From Vicugna vicugna (Eukaryota): 64,000 nt of DNA. The notes under the pieces are model-generated. The model was not told the origin of the DNA. It saw only the letters and a program-made list of their open reading frames with translations, and searched no databases. The translations under genes were made by a program, and so were the position numbers. The DNA is taken from positions 1 through 64,000 of the forward strand of contig MU057375.1 in NCBI GenBank assembly GCA_013265495.1. Reading direction: 5' to 3'. Shown piece by piece: positions 26,004 to 36,800 of this stretch (positions within the stretch are counted from its first letter, which is position 1; each line of letters opens with the position of its first letter).

Positions 26004-29000
26004 GAGGAAGGATGGGTTTAAGGATGAAGTGAAAGGATCCAAGAAGAAATGAGTAGAAAGTGAGACTCAGAGGGAGGAAATGGATGAGTGCAGATCTCTA
26101 CAAAAGTCATAACTGTGTAAATCAACAATCAGGGGTTAGTAATAACGCTTACCATGACTAATCAGAAGGCACAAACCTCTATGTTTTAGTGTTGTGTCCT
26201 GGCCACCATACCAGGACTCAGGAAGCCTGAATTGAGGTTGGAAGTTCAGAAAAATACTTATATATTAGTCATTTATATCTATCTATATAAGAAGAATTGT
26301 ACATGCACACCATGAACAAGTGGGAGTTATTCCTGGAATGCAAGAAGGCTTTAACCTAGGAAAATACATCAGTGTAATACACTACACTAACAGTGTGAAA
26401 AGAACCAGGATCGTCTCAATTAATGCAGAGAGAGAAATTTAAGAATTCACCACCATCTTCTGAATTTCATGTAAACATCAGAAATTTAAAGGGTAATATT
26501 CACACAATTTTTTTAACATGACTCTAGCACAACTGGATAACAGTAGTATTTAGACATATCACATCATTGTATATTGCAATATAGCACAATGTAACTTCCT
26601 TCTGTTCCTCTTACTCTGTGTCAGGCTTTTAAAAACATCATCAGAGAAAGGATAACATTCATCAGGGATGGTCATTGCAAAGAAAAACATACTTGTTTTA
26701 TGCCATTGAGTTTAACATTGATTTCAAGGGAAACCACCCATTACAATACTCATACAAAGCTGTTTTTCTCCATGTGGCTACTGATTAATAAATTCAGTCC
26801 CATCATGAAACTTTAGGTCCATAGGATATAATATTCTGATATTGGATCCCCAAGGAAATCGAAAGTGTCTCCTGAGACCTAGAATGGAGAGCCACACAGT
26901 AGGACAATCAAGAGGGCTGAAGTGAGAGCAGATGGTGAGATGTGTCTTGGGACACATCTGGGATCAAGTGGTCCTGGCTGAGGGGCGCTGTGGGAAAGTT
27001 ATCAGGTGTAAAGGGCCTGGCAGATGAGGAAGGTGCCTATTTATGATGACCTCCTGTCAGGACAGCTCCAGGAGAGTCCCCATTACAAATACATTTGCAA
27101 ACCTGTCATATCTTCCCTCCTAAATGTTTTCATTCAGCAATATGAGCACATCCTGTTGGCCAAGTGCTGGGCTACAGATCTGTAATATACTTGAAACCAA
27201 GGTGTAGACTCTGCTCCCAGGTGGCTGAGTGTTCATTATAATATAATACAATACAGGGACTGTTGTTAGTCAGAGGACCAGGTAATTAAAATCATAACCT
27301 ATCCCTCTCCCACAATTTCTATCATCACTATTCATTATTCTGACCCTCATGCTCCTTCAGGATACACAGGATTTTAGCAGAGCTCCCCGGGGGAAAGCAG
27401 ATTCAGTGCTCTGGGGTTAGGACAGTTTGGACCTCACTTTGGATGTGCTGAGCAGATCTTTCCCTTTGAGTGACTCCCAATGAGACCTACTTCCCACCTT
27501 CAAATATCTCCTAGGGATTCAGGGATAATTGCACTGCCCTGTGAGCAAACCAGTTGCTACTCGAATCTACATCACACACACACACACACACATACACACA
27601 CAAAAGGCAACATGATTTAAAAATATATGTACAACATTACAAAGTGTTTTACTTAAATGGATATTTACAGATGATTGAAGTGAGAGAGGAAGGGACAAAG
27701 GTGGACACAGATGAGGGCTGGACACAATTATACATGTCTAGGTGTCACAAGGGAAAACTTCCACTCAGTAGCTCACCTGTATATTTGGAATTGTAGTGTA
27801 TTTACATTAGATCCCAAATGAGATTGAAGAAGAAAAGCAAACCTATATACCTTAAAGAAATCCTTAGTTTATAAAACATGTTCTGATGAAGGCTAAATTG
27901 GAAAGGACCACTTATGATTGGAGCAGAGTGCTTGTCATAAGCAGTTACACACCTCCCTCTGGTGGCCATATGCGGAATGGCATGTGTGATGCTGGCTCCA
28001 TGGATGTCAGACAAACAGGCAACACTCACACATACACGACATCAGACTTGCTGTTAGGAAAAACCAAATCCATAAGATCAAAGTCCTGGGTGTGCCTTCT
28101 AGTCTAAGTCCTTATCTTGCTCATGACATGACCAGGCTCTTCCCAAGGGTCTCAGGGATTGTTGATGGAGCCCCTGAGCTGGGCCCTGGCTCCACAGCAG
28201 AGAACAGAGAGGAGGTTTCTGCCTCACAGGACCTGCAGGGAGAGAGTGGGAACGTGCTGGGGTCACTTGTCCACATCCCAGCCCTGTGTGTCTGGTGCAC
28301 AGAAGTTAGTATATCCAAAGACATGTATGGCCCTTTGCTGTTTATATTAACAATAAAATGTAAATGCAAAATAGAAATGTATCACACAGCATATTTATCT
28401 CAGTTCATCTAAATTTATGTAGAACCTGAAAAAAAATGAGATTACCCTATATTACTGGTTACTTTTTCAATTAACATGAGTCATTACCCTATCCATTGAA
28501 AACTTTAGAAAACATGAATTTCAAAGCTGCATCATGTTCCTTTTGATCCCTTGTCCTTAAAGGACCTGCTTCCATTTTTCCTGCTGCCAGCTTCCTCCAC
28601 AACTATGTCTTGTTTGTCTCTGAAAGCAGAGCTCAATCCTATCCTCCCCAGGCAGCTTCTAAATCTAGGATCTTTCCCTGAACTTCCTGAGCACAAGCCC
28701 TGTCCATTTTCCTATGATGGCAGGCACTTCCCAGCATGTCTTCTCTCCTTCTCCTTCTCTCCTTCTCTCCTTCAGAGCTTCTCCCAGACCAGGAACTTCT
28801 TCAGTCAGTTCTGTCTACTCTCTGTTCAGTGCTTGACTTACAGTAAATACTCAATCAAGATTTAGAAATAATTAATCTAAATAAGTTATGCACTGTTTCT
28901 GGTTCATCCTAAAATTAGAATTAAATCCCAGAAAAGAATCAGGATGTCTTGATGCAAAAGGACTGGCTTGTTGTTTGCAAGGTTTGCAAACCAGGAAGAC

Positions 29001-30251
29001 ACAGCTTTCACCTGTAATTGACAGTATGAACTCAGGGGGTTGACAGGTTGAAGAAATTCTAAAAGCCAAACCACAGAATGTATAGGTAGGTGACTTGTAA
29101 GGGCCTTGGTTGGCTCTTGCAGCCTGACTACAGGACCTCACAGCTGAACCACAGGTATTCCATGACTGGCTGATATAAGAGCATCTCCTGAGGGGTTTTA
29201 CCAGGTGGGGCCCTTAGCAGAATCAGAAGTCTGACAGGTGTTGTTTGCGCTTTTCTGAGAACTCGGGAGTGTGTTACTTAACTCCAGGTCTGTCGTGAGC
29301 TACACAGCATCTCAACCTTCCAAAACCTCCAAGTAGAAAGACGATGTCTGGGGTTCTGTACTGAAGGTGTTTTCTAGGGTTGAATTTGGTTTTACATTCA
29401 GACTTCCATGTGATCAGTTCTAGCCAAGTCCTACAAACCAACACTGAGCCTGTGCTCCTAAGCATCAAGGTCGAGCCTCAGCCCAGGCAGCCCTTCTCCT
29501 GGGTCCTCTGATCTCTCCTTTGCCTGCTCCCAGTTGAATCAGGGGCTTCTATCTTCCCCCCTCCAGGAAGAGCCCAGAATCTCCTCCCTGTGAGGACCTA
29601 TGTTGTGTGCATGGGCACATCCATCTTCAGGCAGAGAAGATAGAGGACGCTAACCATGGCCTCTCTCAGTTACCTCAGACAGTGGGATTCCATGACTGTA
29701 CTTTGATGCACATCAACAGCATCCCACCCCCTCTTTGTGGTCTTGGGGGAAAGGCAGATCTCCATCCCCTGCAGAAGCTGAATGCAAGGATGCCAGTCCT
29801 GGGGGCTGGACCAGGGGCAGGGCAGTGGGTCACTGCTGGGGGAGCCTGAGGGGTGGGAGGGCCTGTGAGCACCTCCCAGGACCCCTGGTCTGAGGCGCAG
29901 AACTTCCTGAAGCTTCTCTGGCACCTGATATGTTTTGGAAAGTCTCTTTCTGTTCATCTGAGCTCAACATCTGAGCTATTGTTGCAAATCAAAATTTCCC
30001 TAGGTGGAACATATCCAGGACCCAGCCTTAATGCGAGGTCCTGCCTTAGTTTTAATTTTTAAAAGTTTAAAATTTTAACCAAAAACCAATGATTATCATC
30101 CTCTTCATTCATTACTCAGCTAGACACAACAGGTCACAAGTATTAGGTTAACACTGTAAAGAATAACCAGGAATTGTAAATTCATAGACACATCAGAAAC
30201 TGGGTGTCCCGGCTCTGAAGGTGAGGGGAAGCAGGAGAGACTGACTGATAC

Positions 30252-30361
30252 TTACAGTGCGTCCCTCTGCTCTGGCTCTGGCTCTGGCGCTGTCGCAGGC
30301 AGGAGAGCTGGAGCTGGCTCTCCATCCAAAGGGGTTTCCCCAGCGGGTTCTGGAGCTGGTG
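30252..30361 (-). CDS. RALGDS-like: Copy A coding exon 6 (truncated Pro/Ala/Glu linker, then stop or donor)
   Basis: ctacag|APAPEPAGETPLDGEPAPALLPATAPEPEPEQRDAL*. The TAA sits inside a GTAAGT donor consensus. Confidence 0.75.
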
Positions 30362-33300
30362 CTGTAGATCCAAGAAGGGAAACTCTCATCAGTAGGACTG
30401 CTTTCCCACAGGTCTCCCAAAGCCAGGGGAGCCCTCACTGCTACTCAATCAAATCTCACTCCAGGATTCCACCCCCAGGGAGTCTTTCCAGCCTCTGCTC
30501 TGTGGGGTCCAGTGCCTTCCCCTCACCACCCACCAGATCCCCCACCCTGCATCCTCCTCACCATCACTGTCTGCCTCTGGGAGTTCGAGTTGCTCCAGCT
30601 GTGCCAGGAGGAGGTGGGCCTGCCGCTCCAGGTCTGAGCCAGGCATGCTCATCTCTATATAAGCGAGCATGTTCTTTAGGCAGGGAAATTCTGGAGACTG
30701 GTGGAAGTCGTCTGGGTACTGGAACAGCCAGGTGCCCAGGATGGAGGACATGGCCCTGGGGGTAGTCAGGGGGACACCAGAGGCTTGGCCTTTCCTTCCC
30801 GGCTGGGCTCCCAGGGTAGCCCTGCAGGGACCTGGGCCTCTTTGCCTCTGGCTGCTGACCATTCAGAGACTGGCTCTGCTCCACGTCCCATCTCACCTGG
30901 CAGTCTGGCCAGAGTTGGGCTTGGACACAGAGAGGGGTCTGCTGCAAGCTTTCTGAAGAGGCAGCCCTTGGTCAGTGGTGTGACTACCTCTACACCTCTT
31001 CAGGGATGACTATCACACTGCTCTTTCCTTCTCCCTGCCCCACTCCCCCCACTGAATGTCACCTCTGTGAGGACAGGCAGGTTATCTGCTCTGGACACTG
31101 CCCTCTCGGGAACACAGGATCTGCTCTACGATTGACCCAGGAGGGAACAGAAGGCTGTGTCTGCCACCCAGGCTTCCTGAAAGGCTCCTCACACCCCAGA
31201 CTTTAGCTGCTGTACCTGCCTGCTTTCTAACCCTCTAGGGACCCTGCCTGAGTCTCCTCCTGCCTCTGGCACTCACCTCCCATAGGATGCCACAGGTGTC
31301 CTCTGAGACTCACTGGGTCCATTGAGCACCAGCTGAGTCCCCACCAGATTGTGAACAGGATGCTCTCCACCCTTGCGTTCTGGGTCCAGGAAGGGTGTCG
31401 GGGTAGGGCTGGGGTGGAGAAGGGATGGCTGTGAGTTCTCTTAGAAGCTGACTCTGTCCAGTGACCTCCCATATGCCCCTCATTGCACCACAGCCCTGTC
31501 CACAGCTCTCTGGGTCTCCTTTCCTCTTATTCAGGGTAAGCCCTAAGACTTCTCTCAAGCCACAATCAGAAGATGTGTGGGACCCAGGATTCTGCCCACC
31601 CCTGCCCATCCAGAAAGCCCACAGCTCCACATAGTCTTTGGGGGAAGGAAGTACATTTCTCTTCAATCAAAGAAACTCACTGTTTCAGCTGGTGCAGGGG
31701 TCCACCGTCCTCATCACTATAAGGGAGGACACATTCGTATCTAAAGGAGACCAGGAAGGTGTCACATAGCCTGTCCTGAGAACACTACCAGGATGTGATA
31801 TCTAGTGTGACAGTGTGACTCCCGGGAGGATGGAAGCCCTGGAGGGCAGGGCTGTTGTCTGCTCGATGCATTAAATGATGGTTATTATTAGAAAAGCACC
31901 TGTCCCTAGGGGACCTTCCTATATATTTGAGTAATGAATGAACCCAACCCACCCCATAGCACAGATCTGAGTGGACCTGGGACAACACTTCTACCTCCCA
32001 AGGATCCCTGCTCTCACTCTTCTAGGACAGGGACAGCTAATGACATCACAAATCCCCTTTGAAATGGGAAACAGTTCCAACCAAGGCCAAAGTCCCAATG
32101 ACACAGGAGGCAGAGGCTTCCTCATGGGCAGGAGGACGATGACCAGTTAGCCCCAAAACAGCCCCTCCAGCTGAACTTTCTGGGAGTCAGGTCCCCAGAA
32201 ATCACTTTGCATGAAGGGCCCACTTTGCTCCTACCCTCCTAGGGCCTGATCCTCTCTTGACCCAGTGTGCAGAGGGGCAAACCGATGCTCAGATAGGTAA
32301 AGTGACAATCCCACATGTCACTGCTAGTAGGTGGCTGAGTCACCAGTGTCCCATGAGGACAGAGTGCTCACCTTTGGAACAGAAGTTCCAGCACCTGCTG
32401 TGCAGTTGTGAAAGCTCTATAGTTGCCCAGGAATGTATGCAAGTAGGAGGGGTAGCCGCCCAGGATGGCAGGAACTAGGTTTGCCACCAGCTTCTCCAGC
32501 CTGTGTTGCTGGAGGCTCCACACCATGTAGTTCTCATCCCTGCTTCCTGATGATACATCTTTCCCCTGGGTTGGAAAGAGGAGAGACAGGAGTCAGAGGC
32601 AGCACTGAGGACCAGCAGGGTGTTGGGGCTGGAGAACAGACTGAAACCCCAAGCCTCAAGGTCTTGTGCCAGTACTGGAACAGGGGAGCCCCGAGCAGAT
32701 TCAATGTTCTCAACATCACCAGTACAAGGGGCAGTGGGTGATGATTAAATGCATTAGTGTCTCAGGACATTGTGTCAGCACCACAGTGCCAGCACCTCCC
32801 TGCATGAACTACACTATCCCTGTGATTGCTGTCACAACATCCCATTCTAGAGATGGGAACACAGAGGCTGATCCTGGGGTGGGAGGGAGCAGGATTGTCA
32901 GGCCAATGTGGACACGTGGAGATGGAAGAAAAACAGGACAATCCATAGAAAAATGCAGAAACATCCTTGACTGAACATGAACTGAAATTCTGTCATAAGT
33001 CTATTTCTAAATTTCTGACTCATTGACTTCACATCTGGCCAAGGCAGGGCCTGGTCTGTGAGGGCAGGTGGGAGAGATGGGGAATCAATTTCCTTTGCCA
33101 GCAATTCTCTAACAGGGAGCCAAGGGGAGGAGTGGGGCAGCTCTGGGACCCAGGGTATCCTGGGTGTGGAGTCCCCTAACTCACACTCACCTTGAGCCCA
33201 TTCTGAGCTCTGTTGTTTTCGTGGGGCACCTGCCCTTCCTGCAGGGAGATGGAGCAGGGGACTCCATGGGCCAGGTCTTGTCCCATGTCCTGTGTGGAGT

Positions 33301-33852
33301 CATGCAAACACAGTGCTCAGCAGCCAGGCAGAAGCCTCAGAGCCCTGTCTGGTTGTATTGACTGGTCCTCAGACCCATAAGACATCTCCCCTTCAGCCAC
33401 ACACAGTCAACCCTCTGCACAGACCTCCATCAGGGGCAAAAAAGCTGACAACCTGAGGGCTTTGGATTCCCACTGGCACAGATAAGAGGCCCCTCAGGAG
33501 TCCTCTTTACCCCCTGCCAGCCCTGTCCTCAGGTGTGGACATGACAGGACCACCAGGTTACCATGTGTTCAATAACCCATTCCTGCCCAAAGGGGACACC
33601 TCCCTTCACATCCCCCTTGCCTCACATGGAGATGTGGGGAATTGGCCGTGCCAAGGGAGGGCTCCCAGAGGTGGCTGGTCCCAGACTGGCCTGCTCCAGG
33701 CCACCCTGTGTTACCTTAGGTGACCTCTGCGTAACACACCAGTGGCATCGGGATTGAGGGTTCAACCAACGCTTACAGATTCTCAGAAATGTCTCACTCC
33801 AGGGTTTTCTGAAGGAGAAGTCCCAGGAGGTTGTGAAAAAGGAGGAGAACAT
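30252..33852 (-). CDS. RALGDS-like: RALGDS-like REM-domain-only protein, copy A (six coding exons, 268 aa if all are used)
   Basis: Exons 33715-33852, 33191-33301, 32372-32565, 31681-31740, 30562-30755 and 30252-30361 sum to 807 nt with no stop or frameshift. Exons 2-5 match the recalled RALGDS N-terminus. The exon-2 acceptor is AT instead of AG. Expression is unproven. Confidence 0.75.
30562..30755 (-). CDS. RALGDS-like: Copy A coding exon 5 (REM domain)
   Basis: cccag|AMSSILGTWLFQYPDDFHQSPEFPCLKNMLAYIEMSMPGSDLERQAHLLLAQLEQLELPEADSD|gtgagg resembles RALGDS AISSILGTWLDQYSEDFCQPPDFPCLKQLVAYVQLNMPGSDLERRAHLLLAQLE. Confidence 0.92.
31681..31740 (-). CDS. RALGDS-like: Copy A coding exon 4
   Basis: tttag|YECVLPYSDEDGGPLHQLK|gtgagt resembles RALGDS YGCILPYSDEDGGPQDQLK. 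Confidence 0.9.
32372..32565 (-). CDS. RALGDS-like: Copy A coding exon 3 (REM domain)
   Basis: cccag|GKDVSSGSRDENYMVWSLQQHRLEKLVANLVPAILGGYPSYLHTFLGNYRAFTTAQQVLELLFQR|gtgagc resembles RALGDS AGTLEKLVEHLVPAFQGSDLSYVTIFLCTYRAFTTTQQVLDLLFKR. Confidence 0.9.
33191..33301 (-). CDS. RALGDS-like: Copy A coding exon 2
   Basis: DSTQDMGQDLAHGVPCSISLQEGQVPHENNRAQNGLK resembles RALGDS SSTQEIGEELINGVIYSISLRKVQLHHGGNKGQRWLG. Donor gtgagt; acceptor tttgcat (mutated). Confidence 0.75.
33715..33852 (-). CDS. RALGDS-like: Copy A coding exon 1
   Basis: cacag|agaaacATG...aag|gtaaca; MFSSFFTTSWDFSFRKPWSETFLRICKRWLNPQSRCHWCVTQRSPK; 138 nt, also open in copy B. Confidence 0.72.
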
Positions 33853-36800
33853 GTTTCTCTGTGAAATGTCTCCAGCCAAGTGAGCTGGCTCTGGGGCCAT
33901 CACTAGAATGTGGGTGTCTGGTAACCAGGTTCCATTTCTGTTTGGGTCTGCTAAGGAAGTGATGTCACTTCCTGGGGTCCACTTCTTTGAAACCCTTCCT
34001 CAGACAACATCTCCACACACAGCCCTCTGGGCTGCTATCTGCTCACCCTCTTCTCCATGCAAACCCACATCTTCCACAGTTACAGCTATCCTGCCCTCGC
34101 AACAGCTCCCGGGGATAGTCTGTGTGCAGCTGTGAGGAGACGACCTGTCTTCCAGACTCAACTCCTCATCCTTACCTGTTCTCCATCTTGGATTTATCCT
34201 GGTGTTTCTCCAGGATAGTCTCCTCATCTGCACAGTAGAGGTGATTCTAGCTCGTACTTCTAGGGATGTCCTTAGGTACATGTGGGATAAGACCTGAAAA
34301 GTGTGGGAGTGGTGACACTTGTAGATGATGCCTCCAACCTGTGTTTTTTTTGTCTTATTACCACTCTCACATCTGTTCCTCTTCTGATCCCACCATATAG
34401 TTCTTAATGTCACTGTGCACCTGTGTCTATGTGTTTGTGTTTTTGTGTGTGTAATTGTCCACATGTGTAAGCCAGGGGTCACTCTCTGTGTGGCCAGCAG
34501 AAAACTGCCCTCACATGGGAGGGTTGGGCAAGAGCTTCCTGGTCTGAGTGTTTCTTAATTTCAAAGCAAATCTGAGGAAAGGGGTTCAAGCCTTGGCCAG
34601 CAGGTCAGAGCAACGTGACCCCAGGCCATTCAGGCAGCAGGGGCTGGAGCTGGGATCACAGACTCACACAGTCTGGTTCCACTGTCCACACTCAGAAGCA
34701 CAGTGCTGGGGGCAGGGAGACTGTCCCCTTCATGGGCACACAGCCAGGCAGGATCACCTTCTCTGGTTGGACACACAGTGGTCCAGGGACAGACGGGCAG
34801 TTGAAGGGTTGCTGTCACCAGAGAGATTTGACAGTCTCATTTGGTGTTCCCTCTATGTTCCTGTCCTCACATGCCTCTCCCCAAGTTCCAGCTCCAGTAT
34901 AAACGGTCACCTTCCCCAGGAATAATAGGATTTTTATCTGCTGGAGTAAGAAGACCCTCAGCTTCCATGGAAAATCCCCAGGAACCATTTTCTCCCTGTG
35001 ATTTCATGAGGAAAATATATCAGATTTGATCTAATCTCATAAGTATCCGAGGTTCAGTTGGCCCCAAGCTGCCTTCTGGAACTTACTTCCCATCCCTCCC
35101 CCATCCATGCAGCAGCTCCATCTCCCCACATGCTCAAACCAGAACCTGGGGCTCTGTCTGCTCCTTCTTTCTTCCTCACCCCACATGCAGTCTGCTCCTC
35201 CCCTGTCCCTGGGTCCCAACTCCAAATGCATTCACCACTACTCTGTATCTCCCTCCCTCTCCTGTCCAGGCCACCACTGACACTTTCCTGGATTCATGCT
35301 CTTTGCTTCCCTTTCTCACTTTTTCTGGCCTAAGGGAAGGATCTTTAAAAGACAAATCTGTTCTGTCACTCTGCTAACACACAGGATATCTCTCACAGGC
35401 ACTTTGGGAAAAGCCCCAATCCTAGCCAAGTCCTCAGAAGCATCCCCAGGAGGTAGCACCTTCATCCTTTGGGTTTACACAGTGCTAAAATGCCGTGATA
35501 CCCAGACAGAATAAATCAATCAAAATTTCATTTCATTACTGCATGAAAGAAATTTACAGGGAAGAAAAACTGCACATGTAGATGGGCATGTCCGTGAACT
35601 GGGTGATATGATTCATTAGGGGTTGTGTCTAAGTGGGTACCAGGGTCTGGGGAAGGAGTTATCTGCCAGGTGAACAAGGGCTCAAGGCAAATGCAAGTCC
35701 CCTAATCCCTGCCGCTGGGAAAGGGGGGATTCAGCTTGAAGAGGCTTTACCTGATGTAGGATGGGATGATTTGGGAAGGGCTTAGCCTCTCACATTCATT
35801 TCACAGAGTGTCTGGGGTCTCCACTTTGTAGCTCTTACCTCAGTAGGAATGGTGACACTTGGGTATCCCATCACCGAAGTGGAGCAGATGTGAGTCTGCG
35901 GTCCAGTGAGACCTGGGACCACACCTCACTTGTGGACACCTGAATCCCCATCCCTCATGAGGGCAGAAGATATGCCACTGGCACAGAGTGTGGTGTGCAG
36001 AGTCAGGGTGGGTAAGCCTCCTGTGAGCTCCCTGGTGGCCAAGGGGACAAAGGCTTCACCCTTCAGTCTTGACTCTATTGGGAATCAGTGGCCCTCCGGC
36101 TAAAACTTGATGCCAACTAAAGACATAATGGCTTACATGTCTCTAGCTGCCCAAGGCCACTTTAGGCCCTTGCTCTGTAGATGTCTGAAAAGTAGTGAAC
36201 TGGCCTCAGCTTTCTTCCACCTGGACCCTTCTGGGAAATTCCATCCTGGCCCCTCCACCGACTCCTCCTTCACATCTTGCGCTCCTCCCCTCTGTGTTTC
36301 TATATGTGCTTCTACCTCCACACTTTACCTTTTGCTATTTTCTCAGTTTGAGATGTGCGCTTTCTTCCTTGACTCAGCTCATGGGCTCACCTCAGCCCAT
36401 GTGGCACCCACTGCAGGGACCTACTGCAGCAGATGGCAGGGGCAGGGAGGCCTCTGGGCAGTGGTGGGAAGGGAAAGGGGCCCCTGTGGTGCTCCACATC
36501 CTGGGTGTAGAGCCTTGGCAGTGACTGATCAGGGTGTGAAATCCTGAGTTTTGCTCTGGAAAAAGATAGCCTGGGGTTTGGTTTCCTGCTTCTTGGTCTT
36601 CCCTGGAGGAATTGGGAGCTCCCTCAGTGCAAAAAGGCCAGAGTCACAAAAGGGCCAAGTGCAAAAAGACCCACGGGCTGGGGAGAGAATGGAGAAGCCT
36701 CCCCAGGCCTTGTAGTGGGGAAGCAGGGATCCCAACATGTAAACTGGAAAGGGACTGGGGCAGCCTTTGGGCTCCAGAGAGATTAATCAGGGAAGAGGTT

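Noticed and set aside
36107..36547. 146-aa and 131-aa plus-strand ORFs shared by both units (also 47813-48208)
   Set aside because: The similarity follows from the DNA identity tract; indels differ between copies and no known domain is present.
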